DNA from: Candidatus Latescibacterota bacterium
Lineage (GTDB): Bacteria > Latescibacterota > UBA2968 > UBA8231
Length of the DNA stretch: 64,000 nucleotides
Direction: 5' to 3'
Assembly: GCA_965243025.1 (NCBI GenBank)
Contig: CBDETY010000003.1
Coordinates: 1 to 64,000 of the forward strand
Part shown: in pieces, positions 9,642 through 19,627 of the stretch
Layout of the letters: each line of letters begins with the position of its first letter
How positions within the stretch are numbered: position 1 is the stretch's first letter
Translations under genes and position numbers: made by a program
Notes under the pieces: model-generated
What the model saw: the letters and a program-made list of their open reading frames with translations, nothing else
Databases searched by the model: none
Told to the model about the DNA's origin: nothing

Positions 9642-10682
9642 ATGAGCAGCGATATCCAGGAGCTTGTCGACCCCCTGAGGCGCCTGCACGAGCGCCTGCG
9701 CGACAGGGTCGTCGCCGCCTGCGAGGAAGCGGCGGTCCACCCGGGGAGGGAAGGCCTGGCGCAGGTGCACCGCGAGGGGGCGGAGGACACGATCTACGCC
9801 ATCGACCGCCTCGTCGAGGAAGAGCTGCTCGCGGGGATGGAAGAGCTCGCGGAGGAGACGGGCCCGCTGGTGCTGATCGGGGAAGGGCTGCCGGGCGGGA
9901 GCCTCCTCCTGCCGCCGGGGGCATCGCCGCAGGAGTCGCGCTGGCGCGTGATCGTCGATCCGATTGACGGCTCCCGCGGCCTGATGCATCAGAAGCGGAG
10001 CGCCTGGATACTGACCGGCGCGGCTCCGGACCGGGGACCCGCCACGACCCTGGCCGACCTCGAGATCGCCGTGCAGACCGAGATTCCGCTGGTCAAGCAG
10101 CACCTCAGCGACGCCGTCTGGGCGCGGAAGGGAGGAGGCGTCCGGGCGGAGCGGTACAACCGGCTGAACGGCGAGCGAACGCCTCTGATGCTTGCCCCCT
10201 CGGCGGCGGCCTCCCCGCGCCACGGCTTCGCCACCGTGGTCCGTTTCTTTCCGGGGGGCCGCCAGCTCCTGGGCGCAATCGACGACGAGCTGTTCGAGGC
10301 TGCTCTCGGGACCCCTTTCGACGGCCGCGCCTCCTGCTTCGAGGATCAGTACATCTCCTCCGGCGGACAGCTCTACGAGCTGATGGCCGGCCGCGACCGC
10401 CTGGTCATCGACGTCCGCCCCATGGCCCTGCGCAGGCTGTCGGCAGGCAGGTACGGCGAACCGTGCGCCCACCCGTACGACCTGTGCACCGAGCTGGCGG
10501 CCCGCGAGGCCGGCGTCGTCGTCACCGCCGTCGACGGCGGGCAGCTGCGAGCCCCGCTCGACGTCAGGACCCAGGTGAGCTGGGTCGCGTACGCCAACAC
10601 CCGTTTGGCGAAGGTGATCCAGCCGCTGTTGCAGGAGGCGCTGCGAAAACGCGGCCTGTTGGAGCCGCAGGAGCAGCCGTGA
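9642..10682 (+). CDS. Inositol monophosphatase/FIG superfamily protein
   Basis: VIVDPIDGSRG and HPYD motifs. Confidence 0.8.
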   Translation: MSSDIQELVDPLRRLHERLRDRVVAACEEAAVHPGREGLAQVHREGAEDTIYAIDRLVEEELLAGMEELAEETGPLVLIGEGLPGGSLLLPPGASPQESRWRVIVDPIDGSRGLMHQKRSAWILTGAAPDRGPATTLADLEIAVQTEIPLVKQHLSDAVWARKGGGVRAERYNRLNGERTPLMLAPSAAASPRHGFATVVRFFPGGRQLLGAIDDELFEAALGTPFDGRASCFEDQYISSGGQLYELMAGRDRLVIDVRPMALRRLSAGRYGEPCAHPYDLCTELAAREAGVVVTAVDGGQLRAPLDVRTQVSWVAYANTRLAKVIQPLLQEALRKRGLLEPQEQP

Positions 10683-11132
10683 CCTCTTGTTGAGGATTCG
10701 ACCCGGTATTCTCGATACCGGGCGCTCCTGCCCACGCACCTGGTTTTCGGCAGAATGCCCGAACCTCGCGGGCTTCGATCCCGGCTTGGGATCGCTCTCT
10801 TCCGGTTTGCTGAGACCGTCCCCAAGAGCTACTTTCCGCCGCGAAAAACCGGTGGAATCACGGAAGTGTACCGCCCGGACCGGTAGCTGACATGCCCGAG
10901 AGACAGGGCAGACGGGCGGGCGGCATATGCCGCCGGGAGCAGCATTTTACTCGTTGAACTTCCTCCCCGTCCGCCTGTCCCGCGATCCGATTCCAGTGCC
11001 CCCGGAGGAACTGTTTCCCGTGGCAGGCAGGGTCAGGACCCGGCGGGACGGTGCGGCGAAACAGGAGGGCGAGTTCACGTTGGACGGGATGGCATGCTGG
11101 AAGCAGGACAACGGAACCGGCCGCAGAGGAAG

Positions 11133-13634
11133 ATGACGCTGTCGCCTGCACTGGCCGTTCTCAGGGCGACCCACGGCGACCGCATTCCGGATGGCCGGCT
11201 GGGAGCCGAGACGGTGCCGCCGGCCGTCCTCTCCCTGCCGATCGAGATCGCCATCGAGGAGCTGGTCAAGCACGCCAAGGAGTGCCCGAACCTCGACTGC
11301 GGGCACGTGCCTCCTCCCCTGGGGTATCGCCGGGGAATGCGTCCGGACAGGTTCCGGACCGCCAGGCAGGAGGTAAACAGACTGTTGTGGAAGTATCCCG
11401 ATCACGACCTGGTCGATTTCATCCGTTCCAACATACGCCGGGAGAACAAGGAGCTGGTCGACCAGATCTCGACGGGGAGCCTGCTGGAAAGTGAGACGCT
11501 GTCGGGGTTGCTTCAGGACAGGAGGGACGGCCTGCGCCGCCTGGCCGCCGTCCTCTGGGCGTCGGAGTTCGATGGTCCGGACGCCGAAGAGCTTTTCCGT
11601 TTGCTCGTGCCACTTGCCGATGCCGAATTCGCGTCCGGTTTGTCGCTGGAAAACGCTCGCGTCGAAGAGGAGAAGAAGCTGCGGAGGGAGCTCCGCAAGA
11701 CCAGCAGGGCCTACAGGGAGACCAGGCGGAACTCGGAGCGGTCGGAGAAGAGTCTGCAGCGGAGGGAGCGGGACCTCGAGAAGCTGAGGGGGGAGTACCA
11801 GGAGGAGAAGAAGGAGCACCGGAAAGCGGTCGAGGATCTCGAACGGATCCGCGAGCAGATGCGGCAGTCCGATGCCGCCCGCACCAGTCTCGAAAGGGAC
11901 CTCGACAAGGCGGAGAAGATCAGGGAGGACGTTCAGCGGGAGCACCGCCGGCTGGACCGGGAAAAGAGGGAGCTGGCCGCGGAACGGAGCGAACTGGCGA
12001 GGCAGCTCCAGACCAAGGAGCTGCGGGTGAAGGAGCTGGAATCCGAACTCGGAGACCTCCCTCGCGACGACGAGGCTGTCCAGCAGTTCCTGCGGGAAGA
12101 GGAGGAGCGCATCAAGCGGGACCGCCTGATCCTCTCCGGCTCGCCGAAGGTGCAGGCGGACGAGGAGTGGCGGCTGCACCGCAAGCTGAAGTCGGCGTTT
12201 CTCGAGGCCTATCCCAGGTTCCGCGCCGCCGCCCCGAAGAAGAAGCTCCCCCGCAAGAGCTCCCTGCGGTTCCACGCGCTCGGGGGATCCGCGGAGATCG
12301 GCAGAAGCTGCTACCTCCTCGAGCTTGGAGAACACCGGATTCTCGTGGACTGCGGCATCAAGCCGGGAGGGTTCTCCGGATTCCACCCCCCCATCGACGG
12401 GCTCGAACGCATCGACGCCCTCATCGTGACGCACGCGCACACCGATCACGTCGGCTGGATCCCCGCGCTCGTCAACCGCTTTGGCGAGCCGGCCATCTAC
12501 TGCACCCACGGAACCAGAGCGCTGTTGCCGGCAATGCTGGAGGACTGCCACACCCGCTACACGCGCCAGCTGGCGACCCGCAGCGAGCAGGCGAAACATA
12601 TCGCCAACGCCGAGGAGGTCGTCGCCGGTTACGGGAGGGACGACGTGCTCCGGGTTCCCCAGCTCGCCGTCGCCTGCGAATTCGGCAGCGAGCAGGCGCT
12701 GCCGTTCCCCGGCATCTCGTTCCGGTTTTTCCCGGCAGGCCATATTCTCGGCGCCGCCAGCTTCCTCATCGAGGAGGAGACCGGGCGCCGGGTTTTCTTT
12801 TCGGGGGATTTCTCCTCCTTTCCACAACTGACCGTACCGGCAGCGAGCTGGCCGGAGGATCTCGGGGAGGTCGATCTCCTCGTCCTGGAATCGACGTACG
12901 GGAACTCGAAACACCAGGAGCCGGAGACGACCCGGGCCGAGCTTGTCGACTTCATCAGGGATACGACCGAGAACCGCAAGGGGTCGGTGATCCTTCCCTC
13001 GTTCGCGCTGGGGCGCGCCCAGGAGTTGCTGAAGCTGATTCTGAAGGGGAAGGAGGAGGGGGATCTCCGGGACGACGTTCCGGTTTTCGTCGACGGAATG
13101 ATCAAGTCGATCAACCCGATCTACCAGGAACATGCCGACTTCGACCTGCCGCTGGACGCCGTCCTCGAGGTACGGGGCGAAGCGGACCGGGACGAGACCG
13201 CTCGCGAAGCGCAGAAGGTGCCGTCGATCATAGTCACCACGTCGGGCATGCTCACGGGGGGGCCGGTGGTCGAGTACGCCCGCCACCTGCTTCCGGACGC
13301 CCGACACCGGATCCTCCTGACCGGTTATCAGGACGAAGGCGCGCCAAGCAGGGCGCTTCTCGACATCTCCGGGGCCGGAGGTCCGCGGGTTGTCCGACTG
13401 CCGGGAGAGGGAGGGGAGATCAGGTTCAAGGCAGCGATGCCGGCCAAGCAGTTCGGGCTTTCCGCCCACGCCGACCGGCCCGGGCTGCTCGAGTACGCCT
13501 CCAGGCTCAAGCCGAAGCAGATCGCCCTGGTACACGGGGCCCCCTGGCAGCAGCAGGACCTGAGCAAGGGGTTGGCGCTCAATCATCCGGGTGCCGTGAT
13601 CTCCTGCGGACCCGACCAGGTCGAGGTGGGGTGA
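11133..13634 (+). CDS. Coiled-coil plus MBL-fold/beta-CASP nuclease (CPSF73/Ysh1-like) fusion
   Basis: GGSAEIGRSC, THAHTDH, AGHILGA, SGDF, ESTYG, PSFALGRAQE, TSGML, TGYQ, SAHAD, VHG, preceded by a long E/R/K-rich helix. Alternative start 11094. Confidence 0.85.
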   Translation: MTLSPALAVLRATHGDRIPDGRLGAETVPPAVLSLPIEIAIEELVKHAKECPNLDCGHVPPPLGYRRGMRPDRFRTARQEVNRLLWKYPDHDLVDFIRSNIRRENKELVDQISTGSLLESETLSGLLQDRRDGLRRLAAVLWASEFDGPDAEELFRLLVPLADAEFASGLSLENARVEEEKKLRRELRKTSRAYRETRRNSERSEKSLQRRERDLEKLRGEYQEEKKEHRKAVEDLERIREQMRQSDAARTSLERDLDKAEKIREDVQREHRRLDREKRELAAERSELARQLQTKELRVKELESELGDLPRDDEAVQQFLREEEERIKRDRLILSGSPKVQADEEWRLHRKLKSAFLEAYPRFRAAAPKKKLPRKSSLRFHALGGSAEIGRSCYLLELGEHRILVDCGIKPGGFSGFHPPIDGLERIDALIVTHAHTDHVGWIPALVNRFGEPAIYCTHGTRALLPAMLEDCHTRYTRQLATRSEQAKHIANAEEVVAGYGRDDVLRVPQLAVACEFGSEQALPFPGISFRFFPAGHILGAASFLIEEETGRRVFFSGDFSSFPQLTVPAASWPEDLGEVDLLVLESTYGNSKHQEPETTRAELVDFIRDTTENRKGSVILPSFALGRAQELLKLILKGKEEGDLRDDVPVFVDGMIKSINPIYQEHADFDLPLDAVLEVRGEADRDETAREAQKVPSIIVTTSGMLTGGPVVEYARHLLPDARHRILLTGYQDEGAPSRALLDISGAGGPRVVRLPGEGGEIRFKAAMPAKQFGLSAHADRPGLLEYASRLKPKQIALVHGAPWQQQDLSKGLALNHPGAVISCGPDQVEVG

Positions 13635-13786
13635 AGGTCCTGGGGAGGCGGGGTCCCGGCACCTGCGCGCCCCGGATCACTGCGGGGGCTTCACCCCTTT
13701 CCCGGTGAGGGCGACGGGCTTCCCTCCGGCCCTCGGCTGACAGCATGACCCGTACCCCTGCCGATCGCACCACCCAAGCCTCAACG

Positions 13787-14899
13787 ATGAAAGAAACCGG
13801 GTCGCTGCCGCTGACGACAGTCCTGCGCGGCCTGCCTGCATCGGTGCCGTTCGTAGGTCCCGAGGCGCTCGAGCGGCTCAACGGCCGCCCGATCGAGGTC
13901 CGCGTCGGGGCCAACGAGTCCGCCTTCGGCATATCGCCGAGGGCTCGCGAGGCGATGCTCGCCGCGGTCGGGGAACTCTGCCTCTACAGCGACCCGGAGA
14001 ACTTCGATCTCGCCGCAGCGCTCGCCGTCCACCACGGAATCGACCCGGGTGAGATCTGCATAAGCGCCGGGGTCGACGACCTGCTCGGACTGATGGTGCG
14101 CATTCTCGTCGAGGCCGGGGCTCCCGTGGTCACTTCGCGCGGCTCCTACCCAACCTTCGACTACCACGTTCGCGGTTTCGGCGGCCGCCTGGAACAGGTG
14201 CCCTACGCCGGCGACCGCGTCGACCTGCAGGGGTTGCTCGAAAGGGTCGCCGAGACCGGAGCCCACCTCGTGTACGTCGCCAACCCGGACAATCCGATGG
14301 GCACCTGGCACTCCGGGGCGGAGATCCGGGCTTTCGTCGACGCCCTGCCGCAACGGTGCATCGCCATCGTCGACGAGGCCTACAACGACTTCGCCCCTGC
14401 CGGAACCGCCCTGCCGGGGGAGCCGGCCGACAGCCGGGCGGTGCGCATGCGGACCTTCTCCAAGGCGCACGGCATGGCCGGCGCCCGGGTCGGTTACGCC
14501 ATCGCCCCGGCGGACCTCGTCGCCGCCCTGGAAAAGGTGCGCAACCACTTCGGGGTCAACCGCGTCGCCCAGGCCGGAGCCCTGGCCTCGCTGGGAGATC
14601 CCGGTTTCGTCGCCAGGGTGGCAGGCCAGGTGGTCGCCGGGCGCCGCGAGTACGAACGGCTGGCCGCCGAGCTCGGGCTGGCCGCGGTGCCGTCGGCGGC
14701 GAACTTCGTGTGCTTCGACGTCGGCGCTCCCGGGGAGGCGCGCCGGGTGCTGGAGGAGCTGCTGCGGCGCGGGGTCTTCGTGCGCATGCCGTCCAGGCCG
14801 CCCCAGAGCCGCTGCATCCGCGTCACCGTCGGCACCGGTCCGCAGCGGGCCGCCTTTGCCCGTGCCCTGCGGGAGATCCTGGAGGAACCGCGGCGATGA
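13787..14899 (+). CDS. Class I/II PLP aminotransferase (HisC-like)
   Basis: GANES, NPDNPMG, DEAY, RTFSKAHGMAGARVGY, CIRVTVG. Alternative start 13745. Confidence 0.88.
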   Translation: MKETGSLPLTTVLRGLPASVPFVGPEALERLNGRPIEVRVGANESAFGISPRAREAMLAAVGELCLYSDPENFDLAAALAVHHGIDPGEICISAGVDDLLGLMVRILVEAGAPVVTSRGSYPTFDYHVRGFGGRLEQVPYAGDRVDLQGLLERVAETGAHLVYVANPDNPMGTWHSGAEIRAFVDALPQRCIAIVDEAYNDFAPAGTALPGEPADSRAVRMRTFSKAHGMAGARVGYAIAPADLVAALEKVRNHFGVNRVAQAGALASLGDPGFVARVAGQVVAGRREYERLAAELGLAAVPSAANFVCFDVGAPGEARRVLEELLRRGVFVRMPSRPPQSRCIRVTVGTGPQRAAFARALREILEEPRR

Positions 14900-15789
14900 G
14901 GGTGCTGGTCTCCGGGTCGACAGGCCTGATCGGGTCGCAGCTCGTCCCCATGCTGGCGAACCGCGGCCACACCGTGGTCCGGCTGGTGCGCCGGGCTCCG
15001 GCGGCAGGGGAGGAGGAGGTGAGGTGGGACCCCGCAACCGGGGTGCTCGACGGGCAGGACCTGCAGGGAATCGACGCCGCCGTCCACCTGGCGGGAGAAT
15101 CGATCACGCGGCGCTGGACCCCGGCCCGCAAGCGGCGTCTTCGCGACAGCCGCATCGACGGCACCCGCCTTCTGTGCGAGACCCTTGCCCGCCTCGACCC
15201 GCTTCCGAAGGTTCTCGTCAGCATGTCCGCTGTCGGCTACTACGGAGACCGCGGCGGCGAAGAGCTGACCGAGGAGAGCCCCCCGGGCAGCGGCTTCCTC
15301 GCCGAAGTCGGCAGCGACTGGGAGGCGGCCACCGGGGCGGCCGCCGGCTGCGGGATCCGGGTTGTTCTCACCCGCCTCGGGGTGGTGCTGACGCCCCGCG
15401 GCGGGGCACTGGCGAGGATGCTGCCGGCCTTCAGGCTCGGCCTCGGAGGCCGCCTCGGCAGCGGCGATCAGTTCATCAGCTGGATCAGTCTCGAAGATGC
15501 CCTGAGGGGGATCTTCTTTGCCCTGGAGACAGGCTCGATCTCCGGGCCGGTCAACCTCGCGGCCCCCGCTCCGGTCACGAACCGCGCCTTCACCGCGGCA
15601 CTGGCGCGGGCCCTGCGCCGCCCGGCGCTGTTTCCAGTCCCGGCCGTCCTGCTCGAGCTGGTTCTCGGCGAGATGGCGCGGGAGCTGCTGCTCGCCAGCA
15701 CGAGGGCGCGGCCCCGCGCCCTCCTCGAGTCCGGGTTCACCTTCCGGCATACCGACATCGACGACACCTTCGCCGCCCTGCTGCGGTAG
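14896..15789 (+). CDS. TIGR01777/YfcH-like SDR oxidoreductase
   Basis: SGSTGLIG, HLAGE, SAVGYYG, GLGGRLGSGDQFISWI. ATGA overlap with the upstream gene. Confidence 0.9.
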   Translation: MRVLVSGSTGLIGSQLVPMLANRGHTVVRLVRRAPAAGEEEVRWDPATGVLDGQDLQGIDAAVHLAGESITRRWTPARKRRLRDSRIDGTRLLCETLARLDPLPKVLVSMSAVGYYGDRGGEELTEESPPGSGFLAEVGSDWEAATGAAAGCGIRVVLTRLGVVLTPRGGALARMLPAFRLGLGGRLGSGDQFISWISLEDALRGIFFALETGSISGPVNLAAPAPVTNRAFTAALARALRRPALFPVPAVLLELVLGEMARELLLASTRARPRALLESGFTFRHTDIDDTFAALLR

Positions 15790-15795
15790 GAGGCT

Positions 15796-16191
15796 TCAGA
15801 CCGGGGGCAGACGCCAGGGAAAGAACAGGGTGCCGAGCAGCAGCAGGATGGTAATGGCGAAGGCCGCCAGGATCGACTGCAACTGGAGGCGCCCCGCTTT
15901 GCGGCGGAGCCCCTCTGCCAGCTCCTGGTCGTGGATCGGCTCGGTTCCTCCCGGGGTAGCGCGTGCACCACGCGCCGCCAGCAGCACTCAGGTCGACCCG
16001 CGGGCCTGCAACAGGCAGTTGATCCCCAGCACGAGCGGCAGGAAGACGGCGACGCGCAGCGGCAGGGGGCTGTCGGTCACGGTGACCAGGGCGGTGAAGC
16101 CGAGGGCGAAACAGCAGAGCAGACTTCCGATGAAGATGCGGAAGCGCCTGCCGTCCTCCCCGATGTTGCTCAGGTCCGGGCTGCCGGTCAC
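15796..16191 (-). CDS. Putative membrane selenoprotein (in-frame UGA at 15988-15990)
   Basis: Two abutting same-frame ORFs joined by one TGA (LQARGST-U-VLLAARG). Hydrophobic helices lie on both sides, a SECIS-like hairpin follows, and the GTG start is 7 nt after the upstream stop. Confidence 0.72.
15959..15975 (-). promoter_or_regulatory. Candidate bacterial SECIS hairpin
   Basis: Minus strand: UGA-N12-GCGCGU-GGUGC-ACGCGC. G-led loop about 19 nt after UGA. Confidence 0.62.
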
Positions 16192-16198
16192 GAGTTGG

Positions 16199-17149
16199 TC
16201 AGTCCGAACTGATGCCGTGGCGGATCCAGTCGCGGATTGCCGCTGCGGTCTCCCCGGGATATTCGAGATGCGGGACGTGCCCGCAGTCGTCGAAGACATG
16301 CAGCTTCGCGGCCGGCAGATCCGCTTCGAAGCGGAGGGCGTTGAGGGCAGGCACGATGCGGTCCTGACGTCCCCAGACGATCAGGGCCGGCAGCGGCATC
16401 CCGGGGTACCTGTCGGTAAAGGTGTCGATGTCGGGCGGGGTCAGGTTGCGCACCGTCATCCGGTAAGAGAAGGGCGTGCCCGGCATGGCGAAGTATTCGA
16501 CCGCCCGGTCGACAAGCCGCTCCGGTATCCTGCGGGGGTCGAAGAAGATGCGGGAATAGGTCGAGCCCGCGAACCGGCGCGCCAGGCCGCTGGCCACCGC
16601 CAGCCGCTGCAAGGTGGGGTTCAGCAGAAGGGCCCCCGGTTTTCCAGCGAGGAGCGGGACGAACCCCGGTAGCCGCTGCGGGTATCCGACGGCGGAGATC
16701 AGCACCAGTCCGCGCAGGTCCAGACCCACCGCCCAGGGGCGCTCCTGCGGATCGGAGCAGGCGAGCCGCAGGGCGATGGCCCCGCCGAGGGAGTTGCCGA
16801 CGAGGATGAGGCGGTCGAGCTCGAGGACGCGGATGAACTCTCCGACGTAGGCCGCCAGCCGGTCGAGGCAGTAGCGCTCGTGCTCGGGCAGGGACCGGAA
16901 GCGAGGTCTGCTGCTCTCCCCGAAGCCGACCAGGTCGAGGGCGACCGTCCGGAAGCGCTCCCCGAGAAAGGGCTGCATCAGCTCCCAGGTCCCCTTGTGG
17001 TCGAAGAGGCCGTGCAGCAGCAGCAGCGTGCAGTCGGCGGACAGGTTGCCGTTGTCGGCGCAGGCCACCTCGACGGGAAAACCGTCGTCGCGGCCGACGA
17101 CGACCCTGTAGGTGCTCGCGAATGGGAGGGAAGGGGCGGGCGCTTCCAC
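16199..17149 (-). CDS. Alpha/beta hydrolase
   Basis: LLHG, DLVGFGES, GNSLGG nucleophile elbow, WGRQD, GHVPHLE. Confidence 0.9.
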   Translation of the reverse strand: MEAPAPSLPFASTYRVVVGRDDGFPVEVACADNGNLSADCTLLLLHGLFDHKGTWELMQPFLGERFRTVALDLVGFGESSRPRFRSLPEHERYCLDRLAAYVGEFIRVLELDRLILVGNSLGGAIALRLACSDPQERPWAVGLDLRGLVLISAVGYPQRLPGFVPLLAGKPGALLLNPTLQRLAVASGLARRFAGSTYSRIFFDPRRIPERLVDRAVEYFAMPGTPFSYRMTVRNLTPPDIDTFTDRYPGMPLPALIVWGRQDRIVPALNALRFEADLPAAKLHVFDDCGHVPHLEYPGETAAAIRDWIRHGISSD

Positions 17150-17151
17150 CG

Positions 17152-18054
17152 CTACCCGGCGCCGGCCAGAACGGCGTCGATCGCCCCGAGCTCGTCGCCG
17201 CTGAAACGGACGCCGACGGCGCCGAGGTGGTCGTCGAGCTGACCGGGGTTCTTGGCGCCGACCAGGACCGTGCTGATCGCCGGCAGCCGCAGGATCCAGG
17301 CGATCGCCAGCTGCACCAGCGACAGCCCCTTGTCCGCCGCGAGCTCCGCAAGGCGGTCGGCGACCGCCACGGTGCGCGCGAACTGCTCCCCCTGGAAGTG
17401 TGCCCGCTCCGAGCGGTAATCGTCGTCGGCGAAGCGGTGCCCCGGCCGGTACCTGCCGGTCAGCAAGCCCTGTCCCAGCGGGCTGTACGCGAGGATGCCG
17501 ATGCCGTGCCCGGCGCAGAACGGGATGTCCTCCGCCTCGATGCCGCGGTCGAGCAGGTTGTAGCCGGGCTGGACCGACTGGAAGGGGGCGGTCTCCATGG
17601 CCCGGGCCATCTGCGCGGCGTTGTAGTTGGAGACGCCGATGTAGCGGGTCTTCCCCTCCTGGCGCAGCCGCTCCATCGCCTCCATGCTGGCCTCCACCGG
17701 GTATTCCGGGTTCCAGCCGTGGATCTGGTAGAGGTCGACATGGTCGACGGCGAGCTGCCGCAGGCTGTTCTCGATGGCGGCGCGGATCGCCCGGGGCGAG
17801 AAGTCGCCGCTCACCTTGGTCGCCAGGAAGCAGCGCTCGCGGTAGCCGCCGGCAAGGGCGCGTCCGACGATGCGCTCGCTGGCGCGGTAGCCCTGTGCCG
17901 TGTCGACCATGGTGATGCCGCGGTCGATGGCGGCGCGCACGGTGGCGACGGCCACCTCTTCGTCGACCGCGCCCATGGCCCCGCCGAAGGGCCAGGCCCC
18001 GAGGGCGATCGCGGGAACCTGCGGGCCGTTTCTTCCCAGCTGTCGATACTCCAT
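17152..18054 (-). CDS. Aldo/keto reductase
   Basis: DTAQGY, ATK, DLYQIH, IGVSNY, YSPLGQGLLTG. AGGAG RBS. Confidence 0.93.
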   Translation of the reverse strand: MEYRQLGRNGPQVPAIALGAWPFGGAMGAVDEEVAVATVRAAIDRGITMVDTAQGYRASERIVGRALAGGYRERCFLATKVSGDFSPRAIRAAIENSLRQLAVDHVDLYQIHGWNPEYPVEASMEAMERLRQEGKTRYIGVSNYNAAQMARAMETAPFQSVQPGYNLLDRGIEAEDIPFCAGHGIGILAYSPLGQGLLTGRYRPGHRFADDDYRSERAHFQGEQFARTVAVADRLAELAADKGLSLVQLAIAWILRLPAISTVLVGAKNPGQLDDHLGAVGVRFSGDELGAIDAVLAGAG

Positions 18055-18065
18055 GTGCACAGCTC

Positions 18066-18791
18066 CTACATCAGGTTCAGCCAGTCGCCGAGGAGGAACC
18101 TCGCGCGGCCGATCAGCAGCGACAGCCGCGCCATGATCGTGTACCCGAAGGAAGCGCCGAAGGAGATCATCAGCACCCAGACCCCCAGCTTCGAGACCAT
18201 GCCGACGGCGCCGCGGTGCTCGACGGAAAAGAAAAAGTAGACCAGCACTGAAACGACGCCGACAAGGATGATGAACAGGTCTAGGCCCGCCCAGGACAGG
18301 GTGATCGGCTGCAGGGTCGGTTCCACCTGTTTCAGGATGAAGGTCGAGATGTAGGCGGGGATCGTGAAGCCGGCCCCGAGGCCGACGAAGAACCCGAAGG
18401 CGATGCGGCTGGTCCAGCCGATGCGGGTGCTGAACCGGGTGAGCATCAGGATCCCGAGGACGGTGGGGAAAAGAACGAGCCAGGCGTTCTCCTTCCAGGC
18501 GCCGGCGTCCCCGAGCCGGGTGAGCTTGTCGATCACCTCGCCGTAGATGGTCGGGTACCAGGTCTGGCCGAACACGTAGGCCGCGGCGACGCCGACGAAG
18601 ATGTGCTCGGCGAGCTTGAACAGGGGGTTGTCGCGGTAGAGGAAGCTGTAGAGGGCCAGGGTAAGGCCGGCGGCGACGATAATCCCGAAGCCGGTCCAGT
18701 CGGGGCTGAGCTTGCCGGCGGCGAACAGGTAGGCGTTGGCCAGAGCGAAGAACAGCAGGACGGCGAGGAAGAGGATGGAATCGCGGTTCAT
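18066..18791 (-). CDS. Multi-pass membrane protein of GlmL-like operon
   Basis: About 7 hydrophobic helices; YSFLYRDNPLFKLAEHIFVG, FGASFGYTIMAR. ATGA-coupled to the upstream gene. Confidence 0.8.
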   Translation of the reverse strand: MNRDSILFLAVLLFFALANAYLFAAGKLSPDWTGFGIIVAAGLTLALYSFLYRDNPLFKLAEHIFVGVAAAYVFGQTWYPTIYGEVIDKLTRLGDAGAWKENAWLVLFPTVLGILMLTRFSTRIGWTSRIAFGFFVGLGAGFTIPAYISTFILKQVEPTLQPITLSWAGLDLFIILVGVVSVLVYFFFSVEHRGAVGMVSKLGVWVLMISFGASFGYTIMARLSLLIGRARFLLGDWLNLM

Positions 18792-19627
18792 TCCGGCCGT
18801 CTCCGCTGCCGGTGGCGAGCCGCGAAATAGGCGGCGTTCCCGACGAGGATGAAGAGGACGATGATCAGGTGGGTGACCGACTGGGCGCTCATTCCAGCGG
18901 ACGCTCCGCCGGGGTGGTCGATCAGCGCTTCGTATTCCGCGGCGCCGACCAGGCCCCCGATGAGGCCGCGCATCTGCCCCGACTGCAGGAACGGGTAGAG
19001 ATCCGGAGCCATCACCGCGGTGCAGCCGGCGGCGAAGGCGAGGTTGTGCCTTTCCTGACCGAACGGCAGCCACCAGAACTCGATGGAATCGCCGGCCGCC
19101 AGGTCGATCACCAGGTCGAAGTCCGAGAGACCGGCGACGGCCGCGGTCAGCGGCACCTCGGCGGTGGCGGTGCCCCAGTTGTCCTTCGGAAAGGCGTCGG
19201 CGAAGTCCTGGCCCATGTTGATGATGACGCTGTAGGTGCCTGGTTTGTACCCCATGAAGGCGTAATCATCGCCGTAGGTCTTTCCGAACTCCGCCGCGGT
19301 CTCCTCGAGCGCCAGCTGGGCGAGACCGGGGGCTTCCGGCCACAGGCAGACGGCGACGACGCCGACGTCTCTGCTGAAGAGGTGACGCAGCAGCGCCTTG
19401 GCCATCGGCTGCATTTCCGGTTCGGTGCTTGCTCCGTAGGCGAAGGAGAGCAGGACGAGGGCGCGGTCCTCCTTGCCCGCCACTTTCTCGATCTCGTCGA
19501 ATACCGCCCTGACCTGTTTCTTCGGCTCGACGGGAAACTTCAGATTCGACAGCAGGGGTATGGCGACCCCGAGAAAGACGGCGACGAAGATGATGCGCCG
19601 GTCGATGCCGAGAAGCCGGTCGATCAT
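18788..19627 (-). CDS. Membrane-anchored protein of GlmL-like operon
   Basis: N- and C-terminal TMs around an alpha/beta domain; PFLQSGQMRGLIGGLVGAAEYE. Stop/start overlaps. Confidence 0.8.
   Translation of the reverse strand: MIDRLLGIDRRIIFVAVFLGVAIPLLSNLKFPVEPKKQVRAVFDEIEKVAGKEDRALVLLSFAYGASTEPEMQPMAKALLRHLFSRDVGVVAVCLWPEAPGLAQLALEETAAEFGKTYGDDYAFMGYKPGTYSVIINMGQDFADAFPKDNWGTATAEVPLTAAVAGLSDFDLVIDLAAGDSIEFWWLPFGQERHNLAFAAGCTAVMAPDLYPFLQSGQMRGLIGGLVGAAEYEALIDHPGGASAGMSAQSVTHLIIVLFILVGNAAYFAARHRQRRRPE

Noticed and set aside
10690-10940. Hairpins (cccggtat-tctcg-ataccggg, gatccc-ggctt-gggatc, cggcatatgccg) as tRNA or ncRNA
   Set aside because: No cloverleaf or recognisable RNA family; short GC stems are expected by chance.
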